A stretch of DNA of 64,000 nucleotides from Humisphaera sp. (GTDB lineage Bacteria; Planctomycetota; Phycisphaerae; Tepidisphaerales; Tepidisphaeraceae): positions 7,100-71,099 of the forward strand of contig DATBDZ010000403.1 in assembly GCA_036276235.1 (NCBI GenBank). Reading direction: 5' to 3'. Position numbers and translations under genes: made by a program. The notes under the pieces were generated by a model. The model was not told the DNA's origin. It saw only the letters and a program-made list of their open reading frames with translations, and searched no databases. Shown one piece after another: positions 8,660-16,494 of this stretch (its first letter is position 1; the number at the start of each line of letters is the position of its first letter).

Positions 8660-9331
8660 CTATTTCTGTTCTCCCTTGATCGGCCGATACACCACGTTTT
8701 TGAACGAGGCATCGGTCGGCTTGTTGCCGTGGCAAAGCTGGAAGCCGATCGGCCCGGAAAGCCGGCCCTTTTCATCGACCACGTCGGCGGTCTTTACCCC
8801 ATTGAGCCACATCTGGATATGGTGGCCCTGCGCTCTGACGTAGTAATGGTTCCATTCATCCTTGTGGAGAATCTGGTCGGCTTTTTCCTTGGGGTATTTG
8901 ACGACGTAGCCGCGCCCGTGTTCCTCCCACAGGCAGCCCCAATAGTTGTCGGCCATGTCCACCTGGTAGCCCGGTACATCATCAAAGTTGGCGGGCGCGA
9001 TGCGGATGCAGATGCCGGAGTTGTATCCAACCAGTTTTACGTCGGCGTGCAATTCAAAGTCATCGTAGTTTTTTTCGGTGTAGGAGTAATGATGTTCCTT
9101 TCCGCCGGGTGTGTAACCGTGCAGGATTCCGCCCTCTTCGATTTTCCAGAACTCGGCCTGGTATTTCCAGCCTTCCAGATTCTTGCCATTAAAGACAGGG
9201 AGCCAGCCATCACCGGCAGGTTGCAGAACCACCGGGTCCGGCGTGGCAGGCGGGTCCGCCGCCAGCAGGGCGCATACGCTGATTCCCAGCAGGACAAGAA
9301 TGGCAAAAGATTTCTGGCTGCGAGCAGTCAT
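8660..9331 (-). CDS. DUF1080 (3-keto-disaccharide hydrolase-like) secreted protein
   Basis: Signal peptide, then WLPVFNGKNLEGWK...FELHADVKL...GFQLCHGNKPTDASFKNVVYRPI, the typical DUF1080 layout. ATG 9331 follows GGAGAT. Confidence 0.85.
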   Translation of the reverse strand: MTARSQKSFAILVLLGISVCALLAADPPATPDPVVLQPAGDGWLPVFNGKNLEGWKYQAEFWKIEEGGILHGYTPGGKEHHYSYTEKNYDDFELHADVKLVGYNSGICIRIAPANFDDVPGYQVDMADNYWGCLWEEHGRGYVVKYPKEKADQILHKDEWNHYYVRAQGHHIQMWLNGVKTADVVDEKGRLSGPIGFQLCHGNKPTDASFKNVVYRPIKGEQK

Positions 9332-9365
9332 GAAATGATCTCCTGTGGTGGTGAATGATAGCAAT

Positions 9366-9644
9366 TTATCTCGCATTCTTCGCCGCCAGCCGCAGACGCT
9401 GCTGCTCAGAGATGCGGATTGCATCCTCATCAAACTCACCAGTGACTTCCAGTTCTGCGTCGTTGCAGCACCACACGCCGGCCAGGTCATAGATGAAAAC
9501 GCCGTAGCCGTACCGGCCGTCATCGTTCCGTTGCTCGGTCTTGCCGGCGATACGACCCAATCGGCCGTTGATCTTGGCCTTCGCCGGGTCCGCAGTTCGA
9601 ACGCGAACCATGGCGTGGAACTGAATGGAGGGCATGTCTGCCAT
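9366..9644 (-). CDS. small hypothetical protein (pattern reminiscent of Imm31-type immunity proteins, tentative)
   Basis: 92-aa ORF. GRLGRIAGKTEQRNDDGRYGYGVFIYDLAGVWCCNDAELEVTGE resembles what I remember of that family. Not verified. Confidence 0.55.
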   Translation of the reverse strand: MADMPSIQFHAMVRVRTADPAKAKINGRLGRIAGKTEQRNDDGRYGYGVFIYDLAGVWCCNDAELEVTGEFDEDAIRISEQQRLRLAAKNAR

Positions 9645-9739
9645 GTGGATAACGGATCAGCATTCAACGGCTGCCCGGACGCCGAGCCGAGTTGAATCAC
9701 AAGGACCCATCCGTGCGGCCGGTCCTTTGCAGTGCGGGG

Positions 9740-10186
9740 TTATGCGCCGCCGTATGGCAGGTGACGCTCGATCCTCTGCCATAGATCGCAGAACACCTTC
9801 ATTTCTTCCGAGCCTTCGTAAGCCAGGAAGCCCGCACCGTAAACTTGCACGCGCTTCAATTCGCCGCGCAGTCGAAACGAAAGCGCGGTTGTTGACAGAT
9901 CGCTGACGCAACGCTCCGCATTGTCCGCCGAGTAGTTTGGAGCAAGCCGGCCAAAACCGCCAACCTCGGCAGCTGCTAGTAACTCCGCGACATCCGTCTC
10001 AGTAAGTTGCGCAGCAAAGGTGCGTTGCTCGCCACGAAACATGTTGTCGACGTTCGCTACTACGGCTGGTTGCGTCGCGGTCCCGTCCGGTTCCACCACG
10101 AACACCCAGGTGGATAGGTCGGTAGCGAAGCCGGGTGAAACCCGTTCGGCGACGATGACTGCGGTGGGCGACGGATCGAGGGGCAT
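9740..10186 (-). CDS. hypothetical protein
   Basis: 148-aa ORF, co-directional with its neighbours and with a plausible composition. No motif recognised. Confidence 0.55.
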   Translation of the reverse strand: MPLDPSPTAVIVAERVSPGFATDLSTWVFVVEPDGTATQPAVVANVDNMFRGEQRTFAAQLTETDVAELLAAAEVGGFGRLAPNYSADNAERCVSDLSTTALSFRLRGELKRVQVYGAGFLAYEGSEEMKVFCDLWQRIERHLPYGGA

Positions 10187-10205
10187 AATCTTTTAGTTTT
10201 GCTTG

Positions 10206-10376
10206 CTACACTCCGGCCCAGACAGCGAGCAAGAGTATGCCGCCGAGGACCGCGAAGGCTATCACCACCAGCGCAGCCCAAGCGCCGAACACTATCGCCA
10301 ATGCTTTAAGCTTGCCGCCTTTTCGCTCTTGCGGCTTCTCTGGCGTTGCGTAGTCCAGTGGCACCGGCGTCGGCAT
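10206..10376 (-). CDS. small membrane protein (56 aa, below the ORF-track cut-off)
   Basis: Hand translation: MPTPVPLDYATPEKPQERKGGKLKALAIVFGAWAALVVIAFAVLGGILLLAVWAGV*. One clear TM helix. It fills the gap between two co-directional genes. Confidence 0.4.
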   Translation of the reverse strand: MPTPVPLDYATPEKPQERKGGKLKALAIVFGAWAALVVIAFAVLGGILLLAVWAGV

Positions 10377-10392
10377 ACCCGAATATTACCCG

Positions 10393-11097
10393 CTATACTC
10401 CGGTCGGCACCGTCCCACATTCCGGGCAGCGGCCTGGCGTAGCTCGGAGGTCGTAGCCGCACGAGGAGCACAGAGACAGATTACGCCTGCGCGATTGGCG
10501 ACGATGTAGCCGCAGCCAGGTCATTGGCAGAGGCGCGAAAACCACCAGGAAAATCCAATATGGTATGCCGACGTTCACGACTCTGGTCTGCATCACGTCT
10601 GCTCGCGATCCCCAGAAGGGATGTGATCCGACGTACCAATCGGGGCGCAGGTTCGCAGGGAAGCCCTGCAACGGGCCGCTCGTACCTCGTGGTTGGATCT
10701 TCCATCGCCACTGTCCGGGTTGCTCTACCCAGTCCTTGTTGAACTTAGGGTTGTTCGTCTCCGCACCTTCGGACGACCAACGCAGAATGCCATCTTGTGA
10801 CCAAAGCTGCCAATTGAGCCAATACAGATTCTTGCCGTACGGCGAGAGCGACGTATGCTCAATGAACATTTCTTGCCGGAAGTTAGAGACCCACAGCACG
10901 CAGGTCACCACACAGAACAGCGCTGATATGGTCGCCAACCCGTTCCACACGATTTGCCGCAATCGTTTCACGCCGGGCATACTAACGCGCGTCAACCGGT
11001 TTCCATATTCCGGCGACCCCGGCCGGCGGACGGGGCGCAATCGTCGCAGTTTCAGCGACTGCTTCTTCGATTGAGGGCTTCCCGCAAGTGGGCTCAT
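10393..11097 (-). CDS. membrane protein with C-terminal zinc ribbon (CSSCGYDLRATPGRCPECG)
   Basis: ORF-track protein with TM spans and a CxxCGYDLR...CPECG tail. Alternative start at ATG 10980 (MPGVKRLRQIVW...). Confidence 0.65.
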   Translation of the reverse strand: MSPLAGSPQSKKQSLKLRRLRPVRRPGSPEYGNRLTRVSMPGVKRLRQIVWNGLATISALFCVVTCVLWVSNFRQEMFIEHTSLSPYGKNLYWLNWQLWSQDGILRWSSEGAETNNPKFNKDWVEQPGQWRWKIQPRGTSGPLQGFPANLRPDWYVGSHPFWGSRADVMQTRVVNVGIPYWIFLVVFAPLPMTWLRLHRRQSRRRNLSLCSSCGYDLRATPGRCPECGTVPTGV

Positions 11098-11608
11098 TCG
11101 ACGCGCACTGACCGATGCTGCAAGCAGCAGCGGCGTTCAAATGCGTCCACGTTTTCCTGAACGCCTACGCTGCTCGCAGCGTAGGTCAGTGCGCTGTCTT
11201 TTAGGCGCCGAAAACGGAGCGGGTGGACCGGCTGCTTCCGTCAACAAGTCGTCCGTTGCCAGTTGTCCGTCATACGGCGGAGCCGAGTCTTCGAGCGACC
11301 GGATGCCCGATTATAAAAAAAAATTTTTGCGCGACGGCGTTGCCCTGCGGTCGACCGCAACTCCTGGCCGCCGTGATAGTTAACTTAATCCTAACACGCT
11401 CCGGTTTTACCGGCGAAAAAATCTTTGGATTTTTATTTTCCAAAGCCTGGTTGGAGATTTTCCTCATCGACATAACTCTTTATTTTTCAGATACTTGTGC
11501 GGCACAAAATCAGAAAAGCGAGCGAAAATCTGTTACTCCTTGAGGCTGCGTCAGTTAGCTGAGCAAAAGGATGACGCCGTGTCTGTACTATAGAGGAGGT
11601 TGTTAATG

Positions 11609-11702
11609 ACGAGGGACGAAGGGGCAAAGGGGCGGAGGCACGAAGGCACGAAGGGTCGTCGTTCCGATCTTCGCATTCTTCGTGGCCCTTCGTGCCCTTG
11701 GT
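11609..11702. repeat. octamer array (GGSACGAA units) with partial inverted partner
   Basis: gagggacgaa ggggcaaa ggggcgga ggcacgaa ggcacgaa ggg ... ttcgtggcccttcgtgccc. Same unit as at 61636-61880. Confidence 0.85.
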
Positions 11703-11811
11703 GATCGCTTGCTGCTGGTCGCGGCAAGCTGCGCGCAACAGGGTGCCGATGTTGCGCGGATTGTTGAAGGATGTTGCGCTGGACCCCGTTGGCGATTCAG
11801 AAAGAGATGTC

Positions 11812-11884
11812 TCACGCAGAGGCGCGGAGGCGCAGAGAAGAATTCAAACTCTGCGCCTCTGCGCCTCTGCGCCTCTGCGTGAGG
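11812..11884. repeat. octamer array hairpin (CTCTGCGC units)
   Basis: ctcacgcagaggcgcggaggcgcagag / loop aagaattcaaa / ctctgcgcctctgcgcctctgcgcctctgcgtgag. Confidence 0.9.
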
Positions 11885-12205
11885 TCTCTTCTTCCGTGTC
11901 GGGAAACATGCAACAGGAGTGTATGAATCAAGATGATTCAAGATTTGATTCACTTTGTTTCGTCGGCGGTCCACGCCGCGGGAAACTGCGTTCGGCGTTC
12001 CACGTTGCGCTAGGAGAATCCGGGCCCTCGCCCGAGGCTCGTTCCCGGCGTGGCGGTTGGGATGCGGGTATCGAAGGGTTTCCCCAAACTCTGCGCTAGG
12101 CGACCGAGGGGCGGGGATTGCGAAGGTTTTCTTCTGGCTCCTGGCTTCTGGCTCCCGGCTTCTTTTCTTGTCCCATGCAACGTGCAACGGGTGTAATCGG
12201 TCGCG

Positions 12206-12272
12206 GTAGGGACGGCGGTTGCCCGCCGCCCCCCGCACGGATCCCGGCGTGCAGAATTACCGCACCGGGCTC
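12206..12272 (-). ncRNA. group II intron domain V + domain VI-like hairpins
   Basis: Domain V (12240-12272, minus) is GAGCCCGGUGCGGUAAUUCUGCACGCCGGGAUC, with an AGC triad at positions 2-4 and a 2-nt CG bulge on the 3' strand. Domain VI has a GCAA tetraloop helix with a single bulged U 7 nt from the ...CCCUAC end at 12206. Confidence 0.55.
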
Positions 12273-12363
12273 TTGCCTCGGATCAAACGCATGATGATTG
12301 CTCGTCACGCGCGGCCCGCTCCGGCTCTTGTTGCAGATCTTCAAGGCTGCCTCGCGGCAGCCT

Positions 12364-12519
12364 TTATTCGGCTCTGTGTCCGATCAACCTGCTTTGCCGT
12401 CGGGCACTCTCTTTGGCCAGGCCCCTTCCCTCCATCCTCTCCGCGGGCAGCGGCGCGCCGCCGTTGTTCGAGGACTTCGCAGGTACTACGAGCCTGTCCG
12501 ACTTCCCGCCGCCGTGCAT
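12364..12519 (-). pseudogene. remnant of intron-encoded protein (N-terminal leader only)
   Basis: Hand translation: MHGGGKSDRLVVPAKSSNNGGAPLPAERMEGRGLAKESARRQSRLIGHRAE*. No RT motifs follow it. Confidence 0.45.
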
Positions 12520-12958
12520 CGCCGTCGTGTCCTTGTGGGTTCACGGCGCGGACCTGTGCCTTAGCGCAGGTCGGTGGCGGGATCTCCCGGCTTCCGTCGG
12601 GGAAACAGAGGTTTCCCCTCGCGAGGTGCTTGCGTGCGTGCATGGGGTCTTCGACCCCGCGGGACCCGAATCGCTCTCGCGTGGCGAGCGACCGGTGTTG
12701 CCTTCGATCTCAGTTGAAAACCTCGGCATCCCGGAGGACACCATTTCGGGGCTCAATGGCCAGCCCGCACGTACCCCTGTCAACGCTTCGACTGCATCCT
12801 TGCGAATGCACCCGCATGACTCGGGGCCGGTGTGGCTCGCTACGCCTTCACCGTATGGAACTCTCATCCACAACACCTCGCCGGCTTTGGCCGGCGCGCC
12901 AACCGGATGGTGCAGAAAACGGTGCGAAAGGATGCATTGGGTCGAGGCCATGTCCGAT

Positions 12959-12990
12959 CCTGAAACTTGAAACCCGAAACCTGAAACCCC
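12959..12990 (+). repeat. GAAACCC-type heptamer array upstream of purB
   Basis: cctgaaactt gaaaccc gaaacct gaaaccc c. Same strand as purB, whose ATG is at 13055. Confidence 0.85.
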
Positions 12991-13054
12991 TTAGCAAGCT
13001 TCGCTTTGCCGATCGTCTTTCCCGCTTGGCCCCCCGCCTCTACAATCGCGCGGG

Positions 13055-14491
13055 ATGGCTCATGACATTTATGAATCTCCTTTGGTGACGCGAAACGCCA
13101 GCGCGCAGATGCTGCGGCTGTTTTCGCCTCTGCATAAGTTTGGGCTCTGGCGGCGGCTTTGGCTGGAGCTGGCGCGCTGCGAGAGGGAATTGGGGATCAC
13201 GGATAAATCGGGCGCGGCGCGGATCAGTGAGCAGGCGATCGCGCAGATGCAGGGGCATCTGGATGATATCGATTTTGCCAGAGCCGCCGATTGGGAGAAG
13301 CGGCTGCGGCATGATGTGATGGCGCATGTGCACACGTTCGAGGAAGCCGCCCCGGCGGCCAAGGGGATCATTCACCTGGGGGCGACCTCGCAATATGTAG
13401 TGGACAATGCGGATCTGATCATCATGCGCGATGCGATGAAGCTCGTCGCGCAGCGCCTGGCGGCGGCGATCGTGGCGCTGGGCGAGTTTGCGATGAAGTG
13501 GAAGGATTTGCCGACGCTGGGGTATACGCATTTTCAGCCGGCGCAGCTGACGACCGTCGGTAAGCGCGCGACGCTTTGGGCGCAGGATCTGGTGATCGAT
13601 CTGGAGGAGATCGAGCATCGAATCGCCACGCTGCGATTTCGCGGTGTGAAAGGGACGACCGGAACGCAGGCGTCGTTTCTGGGATTGTTTGAGGGAGATC
13701 ATGCGAAGGTCGAGCAGTTGGATCGGATGGTGACGGCGCGGTTTGGGTTTGCGGAATCGTTTGCCGTCACGGGGCAGACTTATCCGCGGAAGATCGATGC
13801 GCAGATTGTGGGGAGCCTGGCGGGGATAGCCGCCAGCGTGCATAAGTTTTGTAATGACATTCGGCTGCTGGCGGGGTTGAAGCAGATGGAGGAGCCGTTT
13901 GAGAAGGAGCAGGTGGGCTCGAGCGCGATGGCGTACAAGCGCAATCCGATGCGCTGCGAACGGGCGACGGGATTGGCCCGGTTTGCCATTAGTTTGGCCA
14001 GTTCACCCCTTCAGACGGCGGCCGAGCAATGGTTTGAGCGGACGCTGGATGATTCATCTAACAAGCGGCTGGCGATTCCGGAGCCATTTTTGGCAATTGA
14101 TGGATGCTTGCAGATTGTGATCGATGTGGCGCGCGGGTTGGAGGTTTATCCAAAGACGATTGAGGCGGCGGTGCGAAGCGAGCTGCCGTTCATGGCAACC
14201 GAGGAGATTCTGCTCGCCGGCGGCGATCGCCAGGAGCAGCATGAGCGGATTCGTCAGCATTCGCAGGAAGCGGCGCGGCAAGTAAAGATGCACGGGAAGT
14301 CCAACGATCTGCTGGATCGGCTTAAGGGGGATGCAGCTTTTGCAGGCGTTCGATTTGAAGAGGTGCTTGAGCCGAGCCGGTTTATTGGCCGGGCACCGCA
14401 GCAGGTGGAAGCATTTGTAAAGGGGGTGGTTGATCCGGTGGCCGATCGGTATCGTCAGGCAAGCAGACAAAGTATTGAATTGAAGGTTTAG
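13055..14491 (+). CDS. purB: adenylosuccinate lyase
   Basis: 478 aa. N-terminal YESPL..R....M..LFS block and the fumarate-lyase signature GSSAMAYKRNPMRCE. Confidence 0.95.
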   Translation: MAHDIYESPLVTRNASAQMLRLFSPLHKFGLWRRLWLELARCERELGITDKSGAARISEQAIAQMQGHLDDIDFARAADWEKRLRHDVMAHVHTFEEAAPAAKGIIHLGATSQYVVDNADLIIMRDAMKLVAQRLAAAIVALGEFAMKWKDLPTLGYTHFQPAQLTTVGKRATLWAQDLVIDLEEIEHRIATLRFRGVKGTTGTQASFLGLFEGDHAKVEQLDRMVTARFGFAESFAVTGQTYPRKIDAQIVGSLAGIAASVHKFCNDIRLLAGLKQMEEPFEKEQVGSSAMAYKRNPMRCERATGLARFAISLASSPLQTAAEQWFERTLDDSSNKRLAIPEPFLAIDGCLQIVIDVARGLEVYPKTIEAAVRSELPFMATEEILLAGGDRQEQHERIRQHSQEAARQVKMHGKSNDLLDRLKGDAAFAGVRFEEVLEPSRFIGRAPQQVEAFVKGVVDPVADRYRQASRQSIELKV

Positions 14492-14871
14492 CGGCCGATT
14501 CGGTTGAGTCCGCCCCACTTGATTCGGCTCCGAAGTTAACATGCCATTAGCGCAAAATCTGCCAAGAATCAAATTGTGCTGGCGAGGATTATCGGGTAGA
14601 CTCCCCACGGCCGTACAGTGCGCATCCCTTGTATCGATTGCGTATTGTTGCTGTGGGCGGCGTTGCAGGCGCTATAGAATGCAGATTCAGTGGTTGGAGG
14701 CCAGTTGAACTGCCGCCTTTGCCTGTTTTTTTTGTTGATGCGATGGGACGGCCAGAGTAGTTTTAGAAGTGGGCTAAGGGTGAAATCCTTGGCATTTCCA
14801 GCGGGCTGTGTGGCTGCGGGAAATCACTTCCGGCGAGAAAATGCGATGTATTGCCCCGGAGGGACTTTAAG

Positions 14872-16287
14872 ATGAGCGGAAAAATGCGCAAAAAGCGAGT
14901 TGGCCTGCTCGCGGGGGGATTGTGCCTAGGCATGATCCTGTCCAACGTGGGTCACTCGACTGTTAAAGCGGCGACGCCCCAGTTTTTTGACTGGAGTGTG
15001 CCGGCTGAATCGGGCGGGGCGAATTACACGCCGGCTCCTTTCCTTGATGACACTAACTTTGCGTCGGTCGATGCATTCCTCGCGGCACGCGCCGCCAATC
15101 CTGCGAATTTGCTCGCGGTGAAAGTGGTTTCGCCGCTGAAAAGCGCAGGCGCGAAGGCGATTTTCAACAAGTACAAAATCAATTACGTCTTCGCTGACTT
15201 TGAAAGCACGACCGCGCTGGCGAATACTCAGACTCTTGTCACGACTGTCAAAGCCTCTTCCAAATCGGGTGCGGCGTTCATCGGCGACTTCAGCATGGCG
15301 CCGTTGAGCAGCGACCCGACCCGCCCCAGCGGACTGGGCAGTACGACGCCCGTCGCCAGCGGTAAGCATTCGCTCTTTACGCCATCGCAATATCAGCAGG
15401 CGAAAGTGAACATGGCCAATCCCGCGCTGTACCCCGGCGCCCCGGATTTCCGCAATCTGGCTGACGGCAATGCGCCGACCGCCCCCAACATTCGGTCTTC
15501 GCTGTTTGTTCTGCCGATCCAGCGGCTTTCGCTCACGAAGCAGGCTCTTCCCTCGGGGCAGAAGTTGATTCCGTGGGTCAGCCGTTTCAATAACTGGGGC
15601 AACAGCGGCTTGGATACGGACCACAATGCGGCCGACGGTTATTCGTTCGTGCAGGCAGCCGCCAACCCCGCGAATGGCCAGCTTCTGTCGCGCGGCGACT
15701 TTGAAGCACAGATCCTTCACTACCGCATGCGCGGCGCCGATTCAGTCAGCCTGTTCAACTACAGCAATCCCCCTTCGAGCGTGGTCGGTTATACCAGTTC
15801 GACGGAACGTTCGGATGCGCTGACCGGCTGGAATCAAAGTGCGGCTGCCGCCGTGTTCAATCGCGGGCACTATGCGCTTGCCAACCAAGGCACCACGGCA
15901 ATCGTCAATCCGTTTGTTCAAGTGAGCAGCGAATCGGTGGGTGTGCTCTGGTCGGGCGTCTACGACACGACCGGCACGACTCGGCAATTGGTCGTGTTGA
16001 TCAGCAATTTGGGCACCAAGAACCAGGTGATCGACATTCCAAAAGTTGGCGGCATCCCAACGTTCGAGACGTCAATCCCGACCAACGGGCATGACGACTA
16101 CGCCATTAATGCCGGCGAGCATCGGATTGTGACGTTCAATCTGAAGGGCGGAAAGTGGATGGTTGCCAGCGACGTTGCCGCCTTCACGGACAACAACCGT
16201 AATGGTGTCGGCGTCCCCGAGCCGGCTTCGATCGGGCTTCTGGCGGTTGGCGGAGCGGGAATGCTCCTCCGTCGCCGTCGCCGATAA
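14872..16287 (+). CDS. PEP-CTERM-anchored secreted protein, unknown function
   Basis: Signal peptide. C-terminus VPEPASIGLLAVGGAGMLLRRRRR is a PEP-CTERM sorting signal. ATG 14872 lies 8 nt after GGAGGG; the ORF-track TTG at 14851 is less likely. Confidence 0.8.
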   Translation: MSGKMRKKRVGLLAGGLCLGMILSNVGHSTVKAATPQFFDWSVPAESGGANYTPAPFLDDTNFASVDAFLAARAANPANLLAVKVVSPLKSAGAKAIFNKYKINYVFADFESTTALANTQTLVTTVKASSKSGAAFIGDFSMAPLSSDPTRPSGLGSTTPVASGKHSLFTPSQYQQAKVNMANPALYPGAPDFRNLADGNAPTAPNIRSSLFVLPIQRLSLTKQALPSGQKLIPWVSRFNNWGNSGLDTDHNAADGYSFVQAAANPANGQLLSRGDFEAQILHYRMRGADSVSLFNYSNPPSSVVGYTSSTERSDALTGWNQSAAAAVFNRGHYALANQGTTAIVNPFVQVSSESVGVLWSGVYDTTGTTRQLVVLISNLGTKNQVIDIPKVGGIPTFETSIPTNGHDDYAINAGEHRIVTFNLKGGKWMVASDVAAFTDNNRNGVGVPEPASIGLLAVGGAGMLLRRRRR

Positions 16288-16315
16288 TATCAGTGACAAC
16301 AAATTAGAACTGAGA

Positions 16316-16349
16316 CAGGCCGCCCCCTCCGGGCGGCCTGTTCTTTTTC
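16316..16349 (+). terminator. intrinsic terminator
   Basis: CAGGCCGCCC / loop CCTCC / GGGCGGCCTG followed by TTCTTTTT, 29 nt after the stop at 16287. Confidence 0.75.
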
Positions 16350-16494
16350 TGCCGCGCGCGGCGGAGAATGAATCGCGCGATCCACGACATATCCGGGTGA
16401 AGCCCCCTATCCCGCAAGGCCGACATTACAGGTAGCGGACCCAGTGTCTTGACCAGATCTTCATGGCCGCTAAGGACCCTGGAGAGCGGGAATT

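Larger units (their letters stand above)
12206..12950 (-). mobile_element. degenerate group II intron lacking its reverse transcriptase (5' boundary uncertain)
   Basis: Domain V/VI-like structures at 12206-12272. Translated upstream segments give MRVPYGEGVASHTGPESC..EALTGVRAGWPLS and GKSDRLVVPAKSSNNGG..MEGRGLAKES. I recognise these as domain-I and IEP-leader read-throughs of bacterial group II introns. The IEP frame stops after 51 codons. Confidence 0.6.

Noticed and set aside
11609-11884. Possible CRISPR array (also 5108-5210 and 61636-61880)
   Set aside because: The units are 6-8 nt and directly abutting, with no 25-40-nt repeats, no unique spacers and no cas genes in the window.
11603-12238. 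211-aa minus-strand ORF
   Set aside because: It is made almost entirely of octamer/heptamer repeat translations and Arg-rich filler, with no start context.
12541-12951. 136-aa minus-strand ORF (MASTQCIL...GPESC...)
   Set aside because: The conserved-looking part is what translation of group II intron domain I gives. I treat it as RNA, not as a protein gene.
12219-13088. 289-aa plus-strand ORF (and 12298..12564, 12413..12970)
   Set aside because: It is Arg/Cys/Pro-rich with no motifs. It is antisense to the intron-like element, runs through the heptamer array and overlaps the purB start. This is a typical high-GC spurious frame.
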